DNA of 62,919 nt, counting the filler, from Octopus bimaculoides (taxonomy: Eukaryota), in assembly GCF_001194135.2 (NCBI RefSeq). It is 8 parts of 7 records of this genome, joined end to end, with 100 filler letters (N's around TTAATTAATTAA, not from the genome) between each part and the next. Parts side by side here need not be neighbours in the genome. Positions count along the whole stretch, not along the records: positions 34,615 to 52,667 come from NC_068996.1; positions 52,768 to 61,651 come from NC_068996.1; positions 61,752 to 62,919 come from NC_069004.1; 5 more parts are not named here. The stretch is one strand, 5' to 3'. Of the stretch, positions 51,068-62,919 are shown in pieces. How positions within the stretch are numbered: the stretch's first letter is position 1; the number at the start of each line of letters is the position of its first letter. The position numbers and the translations under genes were made by a program. The notes beneath the pieces were generated by a model, which was given only the letters and a program-made list of their open reading frames with translations, ran no database searches and was not told the origin of the DNA.

Positions 51068-52767
51068 CTGAAAGGGGCCAAGTATTGAAGTCATATCTAG
51101 AAAAGCCCTCTATTCAATTGGGACAAATTAGCAGTTAAGAAACTGATTAGAGTTGGAAGGCAACTCTAATTCCACATATATGACCTTGTTAGACCCTATG
51201 ATTTATGTTTGTTGTCAGTTAAAAGCGGCAACATTTTACTCTAAAAGCCCGTTATATTTTATATGATATATTATTTAGTGTAGTAAATGTTGAAAATTAC
51301 AATTTGCTTAGGAAAGATTCCCTGAAACTGGCACATTTTACATGTCAGAAAATACAGTATTTATAAGCAGTTAATTTAAAGATAAGGCTACTTTCAATTC
51401 ATGTCATTCATTATAAATCAGAGGTTTTGATAATTAACACTATCTGGTAATCATGAAGACTAAAAAAATAAGATAGTTTGTAACTTGTAATTATGAGTTC
51501 AGAGGACTAGGAAAGAAAAAAGATAAGAAATTGAAGTGAGCACAAAATGTGAAGTATAAATGATCTGAGAGGAGCATTGGTTATAAGATGAATTAGATGT
51601 ATTGTTTAAGAGAGACTTAAACTGGTAAGGGCCTGTGTATGAAGGATGAGAGCTGTATACATAAGTTCAGTGTTTGAAATGATTGGAATCTGTGGAAGAG
51701 AGGAATTTGATAAGACATGGGATAAAAAGTGAAGACTGCTCTTAAGAAGTTAACAAAGGACCGTGACGTGTAGAATACCCTCCCATTGGTGCAAATATTG
51801 CTAAATGTTCATAAAATGGGAGTGGTGATGGATGCTGGTATGTACAAGAAGCTCTCTCACCAATTAAATTCCTAATTAAACTATCTATTAGTGTCTCCAT
51901 CTCCCTCTCTTCTATACACCCTGTCTCTGTAAGAGATGATATTTCACCTCTCCATATGCAACCCCCTCTATCAATACCCTTTACCACTACCTCACCCATT
52001 ATATTTCTGCTAGATACCCACCTTCTCATCCTCTTTCCTATCCACTGTGCAATGCCACCTGTGTAATGAAGGATAGCATTCAATAGCTGTAAATCCAGCC
52101 TCTTGGTCTTGTCTAACCTTGGACAAACAGAGAGGCTATGTAGTGTAGAAAGGAAGTGATATATAATACATTCACTACATCCCATAATGTGGTTGGTGGT
52201 AGAAAGGGTGTTTAGCAATGGAAAATATGGGATTAAAAAAAAACCCTCAAGACTGACCTAGATAGGTCCTACAGCCTTTCTAGGAGGGCAATATCTGAAC
52301 AAGACATGACTTGGATTATGACGGCCTGTCCAATCCATGTTCATGCGAACATGGAAAGTAGACAGTGATGAATGACACACACACACATACACACACACAA
52401 ATAAAACCCGTATGTTTATCGTGGCGGCTGGATTGAGAAAAGGATAGCTTCTTTTACCTGCCATGTATTTATATATATATATATATATAAAGGATAATTA
52501 AACATTTAACCAATGTAAAAAAATTTCTGTATTTGTATAATATATCATATATATGTCCAATCAGTTATTTTAATTCCTGTGAATAATTGTTTGAAAGTAA
52601 AACTAGCAAATAGTCAATGCATTAAACATACATTAGTCCCTGATTAAACTCGCAGGAAAAAAAAAAANNNNNNNNNNNNNNNNNNNNNNNNNNNNNNNNN
52701 NNNNNNNNNNNTTAATTAATTAANNNNNNNNNNNNNNNNNNNNNNNNNNNNNNNNNNNNNNNNNNNN

Positions 52768-52812
<45 letters not shown>

Positions 52813-52819
52813 ATATATA

Positions 52820-54480
52820 TATATCATCATTTAATGTGCATTGTCCATGCTGGCATGGATTCGACTGTTTGACCAGAGCTAGCAAGTTAGGGAGCTGCAC
52901 CAGACTCCAATCTGATTTGATGTGGTTTTTATGGCTGGATACTCTTCTTAATGCCAACCACTTTACAGGGTGTGCTAGGTGCTTTTACCTGGCATTGCAT
53001 GGGCACTTTTATGTGGCATCGCACGGACACTTTTACATGACACCGAATGGGGGCTTTTACATGATGCCACACAGGTACTTGTATGTGACACCACACAGGT
53101 ACTTGTATGTGATACCACACAGGCGCTTTTATGTGGCACTGCCACAAGTGCTTTACACCACCAGATACTTTAAGCATCTCAGCAGTGGTTCTTAATGGTC
53201 CAGGAGCTTTCCTGTCTTCATATCTTTAATTGCCTTATTCATTATACTATCAACTCTGATGGCTGGTCCATCAGTTGGTTCAATATCTGAAAGATTCACC
53301 TTCTCCCATGCATTTTCCACATTTAGTAACCTTTCATAGTGGCACTTCCATGCCTCTTCCCTGAATCACTAAGTACAAGCATACCATTATCCATTCGCAC
53401 ACGTTTCTCATCCACAGCATCTTTACTCTCTCTGATATACTGCTTTGCAATCTTGAACACTCATACTTCTGATCTACATACTGTTGAACATTGGCAAATC
53501 TCTTACTTTCTGCTTTTCCTTTTACTATATAAACTTGTCACCTAATTTCTCTTCTTTCTGCCTGATATAGTTCTGCTACATGAGGGTGTGTTGCCTAATG
53601 GTTCGGGTGTTTCACTAACAATCGCCAGATCATGAGCTCAATTCCCAAGCCAGGCAGCATGTTGTGTTCTTGAGCAAAACACTTCATTTCATGTTGCTCT
53701 AGTACTGTGTGGAAACCAGCATGCTAAAGAATAGACCCAACATTTCGTTTGCATGTCATAAAAGGCAACTGAAAGAGTTCAGGAAGGATTTGCATTCAAA
53801 TCTCATAAAACTTTTACCAACAACTACCCAAACAGACCCATGGGTCAGAGGGTTGTCATCTGAGTAGTGCAAAGGTGTCTTCTGGGAATCACCAATAAAT
53901 GGTGGATGCAACAATGCATGCCTCCATAACACTACAACTACCACCATATTTCCAGCCTTTCCACACCCATCTCTTTACTTTTATAGCATGATCTACCTCC
54001 TTATTCCACCACCATGTCACCCTCCTACAGCCCTCAGTAATCTGTCCCACTGGAATTTCCAGTTGTCCTCTAAGCCTTATGTCTCTAACTCTTCCTCTTT
54101 CTCATCAGAAGTTTCCATTAGAACATCTCTAAATTTCTGTCAATTTGCTGGGTCTTTGGGCTTCCATAATTCCCTTTTACAGACTACTTTGTTTCTGCAA
54201 GTCCCTCTAGCTCTAATTCTGAAGTTACTAACTACTAACCTATGCTGGGTTGTACACTCTTTGGCTGGGAAAGATATTGCTTTTACAAACATCCATCTAT
54301 CTTGTTGTCTGGTGAGGATGTAGTCAATCTAGCTTATGTGCCCATCAAACTGATAGGTTATCAGGTGGCTGACTGGTTTCCTGAAATTAGTATTTGCAGA
54401 TCATCAGATCATTTGCATCACGGAACTCCATGCAGTACTGCCCAACATGTTCATTGCGGTCACCAGCCACAATAACAAAG
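52820..54480 (-). mobile_element. Internally deleted RTE LINE (APE endonuclease, RT N-terminus, 3'UTR), interrupted by a SINE at ~53580-53790
   Basis: VIVAGD..HVGQ...NDLMIC...IDYILTRQQD...ECTTQHRLVV at 54480-54195; FKIAKQYIRESKDAVDEKRVRMDNG at 53550-53180; 3'UTR at 53000-52820. Confidence 0.8.
52983..53151. repeat. 24-bp minisatellite, 7 diverged units
   Basis: Units such as ttttatgtggcatcgcacggacac and ttgtatgtgacaccacacaggtac. Confidence 0.85.
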
Positions 54481-56279
54481 TTTCTGTTATTTATCATTGA
54501 GGTAGTCTGATCATCAGCCAGCCCAGACTATGGAGCATATACAGAGATGAATGTAACCATTAATTTATGTAAGATTAATCTCAACTTGACTACCCTATCA
54601 CATACCCTGACTATCTCAATTACCTTATCTACCCATTTTTTTCTGCCAAAAGTATGCTTACACTACCTACCCCATCACTGCTACATACTCAGAAGAATTT
54701 GAACTTCTGTGTCTTACTCCTGAGGAATTTAGTGGAGGCTTTAGTCCATCTTGCACACTGCACATATCTACATGCCATTACTCCAGCATTTCAATAATTT
54801 CATCAGTCATTCCTTTCAAGTCTGCCAACATTGATGATGGCAGACTTGAAAGGAAGAATAGTGGGAAGACAGTCATTGTGTAACTTCTGTTAACACCTGA
54901 AAAGTTTTGCACAAGCATTTTCCAGCTGGTAGATGGCTTTGGTACATAGTCATTTTACTCAATGAATGTGGTTATTTTAAGGCTTAACACTTGCAAGTTA
55001 CTTGATGACCTCACTTTTGCCAGTGTCACGAAAAAAAAAAAACAACACCCAGTGCCTTCTGTAAAGTGGTTTGTAACTGGAAAGGGCATCCAGCCAAAGA
55101 AACCCTGCTGAAGCAGACATTGAAACAACACAGTCCTCCAGTATGGAAAACAAACATTAAATGATGTGGGTGGTGGTGTTAGATATGTTTGTGTGTGAAG
55201 TCCTGTCAACCGTAACCATGTTGAGTTAGATATCAGATAAAAAACCTGTTAAGAGAGTGACTATTAGTGTTAATTTCCACCATCATCTTTGAATATCAGA
55301 GTAGCAGGGGCTTGTATTCTGGGTGTACTGGGTGAGTGCTATACGCCTACAAAAGCTGGTTAATTCATCATAAATATTAAGATAATCATAGATCATAATT
55401 GGAGCACTAATTTCCTCTCCCTTTTATGAAGTATTGTTGTAGCTGTTCTGAGATAGCACTTCACTCTTCACAGCTTGTTAATTGTATCATATGTGTTGGA
55501 TGGATGACAGGGTAATAATAAACATATGGACCAAAGCTGAGCAACATTTCATTTGTCCACATTTTGCTTATTATTCACTTTTATGACCCTCTGTAAGAAA
55601 GTATGTATAACCAGCCATGAAGAACAAATCAGCAGTACAAAGAAATCAAATACCAATCCCTTTAAAACGGCAACCACTTTAACAGTGTCAGAATCACCAT
55701 CCCACTACATCTACATATTCAAAACAGTTTGCCAATGTCCCTTCAACAACAACACACCCTGATAAGCTCAGTGACTACTATTAAATTCAGGCCAAGACAG
55801 ATAGACATGATGTTCTTGAAGCCGAGGATTTCAAACTTACAAAGACAATATTTACATATTGCCTGAAGAAACACAACTCATAATGCAGGGAGATAGTTAC
55901 ATAATCAAGTACCTGCACACCTGGAGAAGTACATTGTGTGGAAACAATTGTAATGATTAAAAAATAAATGTCCAACTGTTGACTCCAATATTTTCAATTA
56001 TCTATTCATACATGACAGATGCCTAGACACAAACTACATATAATACTATTATTGGATAGCACAGGATAAATCTGAAGGTGGACGAGCTTTATACTGTACT
56101 CTACTACGTTTTTAACAAAATATACCATAACTATATATATACACACACACACAAGTATATATATATATATGTGTGTTGTTTTCTCAAAGTAAAGGATAAC
56201 TTATTTAACACATCTTTGAAACAGGAAATTGTCATAAACACTGATTTCAGTGTTCTTAGAAATGTAAATGAAAGTGTGA

Positions 56280-56312
<33 letters not shown>

Positions 56313-56404
56313 CATGCACGTGCGTGCATATGTACATGCATGTGTATATAAGTGAGTGTGTGTGTCTATGATCATGATCATAGTGATGATGATATTGATG
56401 CAAC

Positions 56405-56760
56405 AGGCATGGCTGTGTGGTAAGAAGTTTTATGTTTGTCTGTCCTTGTTCATCCCCTCTTTGTAATGCCTTTATGGCAAATATTTATGAAATAAAGAAG
56501 TTTGCTTCCCCACCATTTGGTTTGGGGTTCATTCCCACTGTGCAGCACCTTAGCTAAGTTTCTTTGACTACAGACCCAGGCCAACCAAAGCATTGTGAGT
56601 GGAAATGTTAAAATGAAACTAAAAGAAGCCCATCAAGTGTGTGTGTGTGTGTGTTTTATTGTCTCCCTGCCTTGACATCCTGCGATAGTTGTGAGTGTCG
56701 TTGTCATGCAAGTAGTGTCCTTTATTTCTAATATTGTGCAAGGACATACCTAGCCATGGG
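56405..56760 (+). mobile_element. SINE family A-like copy, strongly CpG-decayed
   Basis: ggcatggctgtgtggtaagaag...ttcattcccactgtgcagcacct...gaagcccatc. Confidence 0.7.
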
Positions 56761-58529
56761 GAAATATTACATTACTTGAAAACATGTAAAGGTTGGTGAC
56801 AGGAAAGGCATCTGGCCATTCAAAATCTACGTGTTTCATGTATACAAATGTGTGTGTGTGTGTAAAATATATAAACTATATCTGATTGTTCCCATCCTTC
56901 AATATTATGTATCTACATATATTTATTGTGTTGCTGACATTTTCCAATGATTTCTTCTGCTGTTTCGATGCACCATTTTCTATCATTAATAAAACTGTCA
57001 GCATTTTTTATGACAATAGTTTGGGAGAAGAGTAAATAACTGTTTTGTTTTTTACTAGGCAGCTTCACAATGAGCATAATGAACCATTGAAATTTAGCAT
57101 GGCAAGTGCTATATGTTCTTCAAAATTTTATGATGCAATCTATGACTAGAATCTTCAATATATTGATATGGATGGGTATGGAATTGTAGAAGTTGTTATC
57201 AAACTCCTGAAATGGTAGATAGCCACATGGAAGAAAGCAATTACAAAAAAATGTTCAGCCCGTCCTCAATGTCTGGCGTTTCAGAGAAAGTTGGTTGCTA
57301 TTTCTAGCAAACCTAGTGACCTCGTAGCCCATGGATAATTTGTGGTGAATATAGGACAAAATCCCCTAAATATTTTTGCCTGTTTTTGAAGAAAAAATAT
57401 TAATTTAAGTAATTTATTGCTGAAGTAATCATAAAAAATATAATAATCTTTCGTTGTGTTGATTCACTCTACCTGATCATTGTTTTGCCTACCTGAATAC
57501 CATAATTCACCATGTCTAGGTGAAAACATGACTTCTTAAAAAAACTAGCAGTGCAATGGAAGGCCAATAATGCAACCAGCCACTAAGGAAAGAATGCAGA
57601 TAGGTGAGGATAAAGAAAAACACTTTCCTGTTTCAGTGTATAATCTGCTTTGGAAATTACAGTATTCAGGTGGACTAAACAATGATCATGTGAAGTGAAC
57701 CAACACAAAGAAAGATTATAATATTTTTCATGATTACTTCAGTAATAAATTACTTACATTTATTCTTCTAATTTTAATGGTATTAAATGGTTTTAAAGTT
57801 CAAAAACAGAAGAAAAAAATATACTTGAGTTAGTTTGTCCAATCTCACACTTTAAGTTAGGGGGTTTTGTTGGTGGAGGGTCTGGACCCCACTTGTGGCC
57901 CTTGGAGCTTTCTGAATGACACACTAGAGAAAAATTACCTTTAACTTTTTAGTGGTGCAGCTTGGTTGATGATAAGATAAGTCTCATGTAGCGCTCTTCT
58001 TCAGAAAGGCATGCCCATGCATGCCTTTAACATTAATGTTTTACGAACATTTCTGTATTTATTTTTAACATGGTAGCTTCATATCCAGGTTGCTGTAGGA
58101 AATGTACATTCTCAAAAACTGAATAAATAGGTTAACACAACCTATTTTAATATCACTCTATCAATATGTAGTGATTGTGTATTACATATAATAAATATAT
58201 ATTATATACACATATATAAAGAAAAAGTTGGAAGTTAAAATAAAAAATAAATTTTGTATAGTATGTGTGCATTTTTACATTTATGCTATATATTCTATAG
58301 AGATAGTGTATATACCATGTCCACTTCCCCACACTCTGTTGTAACCAGTAATTAACTGTTTTAACCAGTCTAACTGTTGTAACCAGTCGTTCCTCAATAC
58401 ATCAACTTTCTGGTATATCCTCCCGGCCTGTATTTTTCCTGCAATTATTCAAATAAAGCATCTATATTGATCTCACTGATTTTCAAAGGTGTATGAAGGA
58501 TTGGGACAGTGCTTTCATCTATTTTGAGT

Positions 58530-59640
58530 GTAGGACAAAAGCCCCTCCAGACAAAACCCCAACGGTTCTTAGACATACCTTTTTTGACAAAAAAAAAATT
58601 GCTTATAGATAAATGACCAATAATTTGGAAATAAACAAATTTGACATTTATTGCACTACGATTTTGTAATCGCTCACTTATAGTAAGGCTACATTTTATA
58701 CTCTTTGTGTCCAGTACTGGTCAGCACATTGGTATGTGGTGTTCTTTATAGAGAGAGAGAGAGAGAGAAAAAAAAAACTATAACTTATTCAGCAAAAGCA
58801 GCTGGAAATAAAAATTTTAAGAAATAGGTCAACATGACATGGTTTTGTAAACAGTTTTTTTTTTTTGTTTTGTAGTTTAGATAATACGTTTTCACATTCA
58901 GTTCGATTCTCTTCATCACACACACACACAAAGGTGTATGTATTTTATGTATGTATGTACTTGATTGCTTCTATGTAGGTTTTATGTTTCTATACATTTC
59001 TTGAAGTGTGTTCAGTTATTCTATTCTGCTTATTTATTTTCAATTGAATGTATTTTGTTTACTTAAAAATTGGAATTTTAGAAAACGATTTTTTTTTTTT
59101 TTTGCAACCGCGATTTCCGTTTTTGTTTATGTGAAATTATATGAAGAAAAAATTTTTTTAAGATTCGGCTGTTATTTCTAGAATGTGGAGAGACTTTCTA
59201 GGCTTAACTTTATGTGCTGGTTGAAAATCATTTAATAAAAATTCTGGGGTCAATACATTCGACTAAAAATTCCTCAAGGTGGTGCCCCAGCATGGCCACA
59301 GTTCAATGACTGCAACAAGTAAAAAGATTAAAAAAACGAAATATATCACAGAAGTGGTTTTGATCAGGCTTTAAAAAATTCTGGGTTTCATACAGCCATC
59401 TAAAAATTCTTCAAGGTGGTGCCCCAGCATGGGTGGATGTTGTCTAATAACTGCAACAAGTAAAAAAAAATTTTAATTCTGGGGTTGATACATTCAACTA
59501 AAAATTATTCAAGGCAATACCCCAGCATGGCTACAGCCTAATGACTGAAACAAGTGGAAGGTGAAAAGAAAGAAAAATTAATGAAAAGTATAACTGTGGG
59601 GCTTTTGTCCACTTTCACACTGTAACTATGGGGCTTTTAT
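58530..59640. mobile_element. Probable non-autonomous DNA element with ggacaaaagcccc subterminal motifs, carrying three tandem SINE-A tail copies
   Basis: ggacaaaagcccc at ~58533 (plus) and ggggcttttgtcc at ~59597 (minus); three direct copies of attctggggt...cccagcatgg...aacaagt at 59242-59570; CpG retained relative to the flanks. Confidence 0.5.
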
Positions 59641-59703
59641 ATTGATGATTTTATATAAAATATAAAGGAAATTTTTGTAAGTATTTTCATTTTTTTTTTC
59701 CAG

Positions 59704-59785
59704 GCTCCACTGCTTACTCCTGTGACTGAAGACAAGTTTGCTTATCTGACAGAGAAAGGAAGAATTCCAATTCCTATTTTACCTG
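59704..59785 (+). CDS. Internal coding exon of an unidentified plus-strand gene ([27 protein letters not shown])
   Basis: Strong acceptor ttttttttttccag, donor G|GTTTGT followed by a T-rich tract; only the phase-0 frame is open; protein-like composition. Confidence 0.65.
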
Positions 59786-60644
59786 GTTTGTTCATGCATT
59801 TTTTTTTTTTTATATTAAACTAACTTGCACAGAATTAAATAACACAGCAAATTTTTCATTCAAATATATAATAACCATCTCAGCACCTTCATTTTTTTTT
59901 TCAGGAAATGAAGTTTAGAACTTTTGAAGCTATTTAAGTATCCTAATTTTAATACATGATCCTTGACCATACAATCATAGAAAATATACCATTATTCATT
60001 TGTGCATAATGTGAGAAATTTGATGCAAAATATCAAATTTAAAATTCAAGCATGGTATTAGGTGACAAATTGGCATAGTCATTAGAGCATTGTATAAAAT
60101 GCCTCCCGATTGTGTACTCTGAGTTCCAATCCCACAGAGGCTAACTTTGCCTTTCATCCTTTCTTAATTAATAAAGTACCAATTGATTGAGCTGTCAAGA
60201 AAATTGGACTGGACCTGATGCCTTTTGGTACTTGTTCCACATCTTTGTTTTCTTGTTTCAAATCTCATCATGGTTAATGTAGGTTATAGACTTAACCCTC
60301 ATCCAGTTTAACACCACCTTAGATGTCTTTAGTGCTACTCTGTTATATTACATTCAAACCAGGTTTAACAGCAATTTCCTCCCTCCTGACTAAAAGATAA
60401 ATAAATACTCAAGTGTAAATAAATGAGGAGGATATATTACTGATATTGTACATTAAAAAATGTGGGGATAACATTATGTATGAGATCACATTGAACTTGA
60501 GTGTTTATAGTTGATATGAAGCATAATATATTTCTAAAGCAAGATCATGATTCCAAATCTCTCTAATGCACTAGATTGACAAAAATAATTTATGCTATTT
60601 AGTTATGTTGCTTTATGACTGCATAGAATCTCTTGAGAGTAGCA

Positions 60645-60945
60645 CAAAAGCCTGTTGGACAAAAGCCTGTTGGACAAAAGCCTGTTGGACAAAAGTGCCA
60701 TAAAGTGGACAAAAGCCCATGGTTATATATATATTTTTTTTTTTTTTCACGTTTTACTTGTTGCAGTTATTAGACTGCAGCCATACTGGGGCACAACCTT
60801 GAAGAATTTTTAGTCGAATGTATTGACCCCAGAATTTTTTTTTATTTTTACTTGTTATAGTTATTAGAGGCACCACCTTGAAGAATTTTTAGATGACTGT
60901 ATGGAACCCAGAATTTTTTTTTAAGCTTCATCAAAACCACTTCTT
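60645..60945 (-). repeat. Inverted partial copy of 59350-59612 plus a 15-bp tandem (caaaagcctgttgga x3)
   Basis: Reverse complement matches gaagtggttttgat...attctgggtt(t/c)catacag(c/t)catctaaaaattcttcaaggtggtgcc...gggcttttgtccactt. Confidence 0.8.
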
Positions 60946-60984
60946 AGTTTTTTTTTTTCTATTTAATTGTTGCAGCCACACCCT

Positions 60985-61650
60985 AGCAGTTGAGGGAACC
61001 TGTGGAAGAGGTAGGCCCAGGAAGATCTGGGAAGAGGTGGTGAGGCACGACCTTCGAACATTGGGCCTCAACAAGGCGATGACTTCTGACCGAGACCTTT
61101 GGAAATATGCTGTGCATGAGAAGACCTGGCAAGCTAAGTGAGACAAATCCAAGGCCTCTGCCAGGGGTGTAGCCAGCCCACTTATGTGTACCTTTCAGTC
61201 ATTGGACACTAAACTCTGCTTGCAAAGACCTGTTGAGGCAAGTGAAATCAAACTAAATTCGACAACTGGCACCATGCCAACGTCGTCTCCTTCATTGGAC
61301 ACGAAACTCAGCTTGCGAAGACCTGTTGGGGCAAGCGAAAGTGAAATCGTGATGGCACCTGTGCCCAACGTCACCTTCCTGGCACTTGTGCCGGTGGCAC
61401 GTGTAAAGACATTCAAGCAGGTGGCACGTATAATACGCCATTTGCCAGTACCACCTGACTGGCCTTTGTGCCGGTGGCATGTAAAAGCACCCACTACACT
61501 CTCGGAGTGGTTGGCGTTAGGAAGGGCATCCAGCTGTAGAAACTCTGCCAAATCAGATTGGAGCCTGGTGCAGCCTTCTGGTTCACCAGTCCTCAGTCAA
61601 ATCGTTCAACCCATGCTAGCATGGAAAGCGGACGTTAAACGAGGACATCA
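60985..61650 (+). mobile_element. 5'-truncated RTE LINE 3' end with complete 3'UTR
   Basis: VEGTCGRGRPRKIWEEVVRHDLRTLGL...DRDLWKYAV*; 3'UTR with gtggttggcgttaggaagggcatccagc, which explains short copies at ~40590-40750, ~55020-55170 and ~56780-56830. Confidence 0.85.
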
Positions 61651-61780
61651 TNNNNNNNNNNNNNNNNNNNNNNNNNNNNNNNNNNNNNNNNNNNNTTAAT
61701 TAATTAANNNNNNNNNNNNNNNNNNNNNNNNNNNNNNNNNNNNNNNNNNNNTATATATATATATATAATTATAATAATAT

Positions 61781-61998
61781 TAGGGACAAAATCCAAAATT
61801 ACAGGTAAAAACTCAATTAAAATCAATTTATAAAAAATTAAAATTTAATTGAGCTTTACAGATTAAAATATATATAAATATATAGTTTTAGGGAAAAGAA
61901 CCAAGTTTCATGAACTCATCGATGAAAATCCACTGTCACATATAGAAAAATTAATAATTAAAAGCACAATAAATGAGTATAATATAATACAAGGTAAA
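61781..61998 (+). repeat. Paralog of the 7107-7328 repeat
   Basis: Same 5' half; 3' half inverted relative to the 7.1 kb copy. Confidence 0.85.
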
Positions 61999-62888
61999 TA
62001 TCATAAGATAAAGATAATAAAATGACTACACGTGTTTCATATATCTATATATATATATATATGTATATGTACATGCAGATCTGTATTCATAAATACTAAC
62101 GTATGCAATATCACATTCTTCCATTGCTGGCATACACTCACACAGACACACACACACACATATATCTATGCATAGGTGTGTTTTGTATGTATACCCATAC
62201 ATGCATAAGCTTGAGTCTCTCTTGTGAATTAGTCGTACTGCTGTTGACCCATGATGTTATTGTCGTATTTAAAGACAAACCACCATCCCTCTTCAATCAT
62301 TTATTCCTCTTTTTTTTTTTACTTTTGAAAAAAAGAACAAGAAGACTCTTTAAATCTTCAGGGGAGAGGCAAGCAAGCAGTTCCCGTCATCCTTGTCTCT
62401 TGCCTCACACCCTTTCTTTGTCCCTGTACACCACCTCGCTTTCATTATCCTTCTATTACATTTTTGAGTTCAAATTCTGTCAAAGTTAACTTTGCCTTTC
62501 ATTACTTCAGGGTTGATAAGTACCAGTAAGATACTGGGGATCGACTAGCACTCTTCCTCACAATCTCCGACCTTGTACCCATAGTGCAAAGAATAATAAT
62601 TATTGTAATTATTATCATTATTATTATTATTATTATTATTTCCATTGAGTTCCTTGTGTTTCTGATTTATTAGTTTTTTTTTGTGTTTTTTTAACTGGCG
62701 AATTTTTTTTTTTTTTAAGGAAAATATATATATAAATATAAAAAAAAAACACATGTGAAAAACTATTTTATTTATTTTTTTTAGTCTTTGTTTTATGTGC
62801 GGGTAAGTATAAAACCGTTTGATCTTTATATAGCATTCCATTTGTATGCTCTACAACAACCCAGTTGTTACATTCTGTACTGTGTGAA

Positions 62889-62919
<31 letters not shown>

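Noticed and set aside
58300-59250. CpG-retaining patch suggesting a bidirectional promoter, with a 17-nt micro-exon candidate near 58715-58731
   Set aside because: Better explained by a younger transposon-like insertion bounded by ggacaaaagcccc motifs
9221-61707. Recurrent TTAATTAATTAA 12-mer (7 copies)
   Set aside because: Artificial scaffolding linker inside N runs, not biological
709-62841. The many ORFs rich in YI, CV, HT, YLSI, poly-F and X
   Set aside because: Translations of (TA)n, (TG)n, (GATA)n, (GAA)n repeats and N gaps
1-62919. CRISPR arrays, rRNA genes or prokaryotic operons
   Set aside because: None seen; the sequence is eukaryotic and its repeats are microsatellites or TEs

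Overview
A 63 kb, AT-rich, gap-containing animal genomic scaffold dominated by microsatellites, tRNA-derived SINEs, decayed RTE, R4-type and Penelope-like retroelements, Tc1/mariner remnants and MITEs. The repeat landscape looks like an octopus (coleoid cephalopod); this is inferred from repeat style, not proven. Nearly all ORFs in the supplied track are microsatellite or TE artefacts. The one clearly intact gene is an intronless 229-aa ORF on the minus strand (27575-28264). It carries two copies of a ~26-aa module built on RRNAL, the pseudosubstrate motif of the PKA inhibitor PKI, plus a PKI-type nuclear export signal pattern, a real PKA site (RRLS) and a C-terminal class I PDZ ligand (TQV). 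Its promoter has TATA, a perfect CArG box and a perfect palindromic CRE within ~130 bp, an immediate-early-gene layout. Together these suggest a candidate activity-induced, bivalent PKA feedback inhibitor (hypothesis). Other notable items are three Penelope-type hammerhead ribozyme motifs (two in opposite orientations within an inverted repeat), a CpG-depleted domain (~34.6-61 kb), an apparently TE-free ~6 kb minus-strand 3'UTR-like tract, and an isolated plus-strand coding exon enclosed by inverted repeats.
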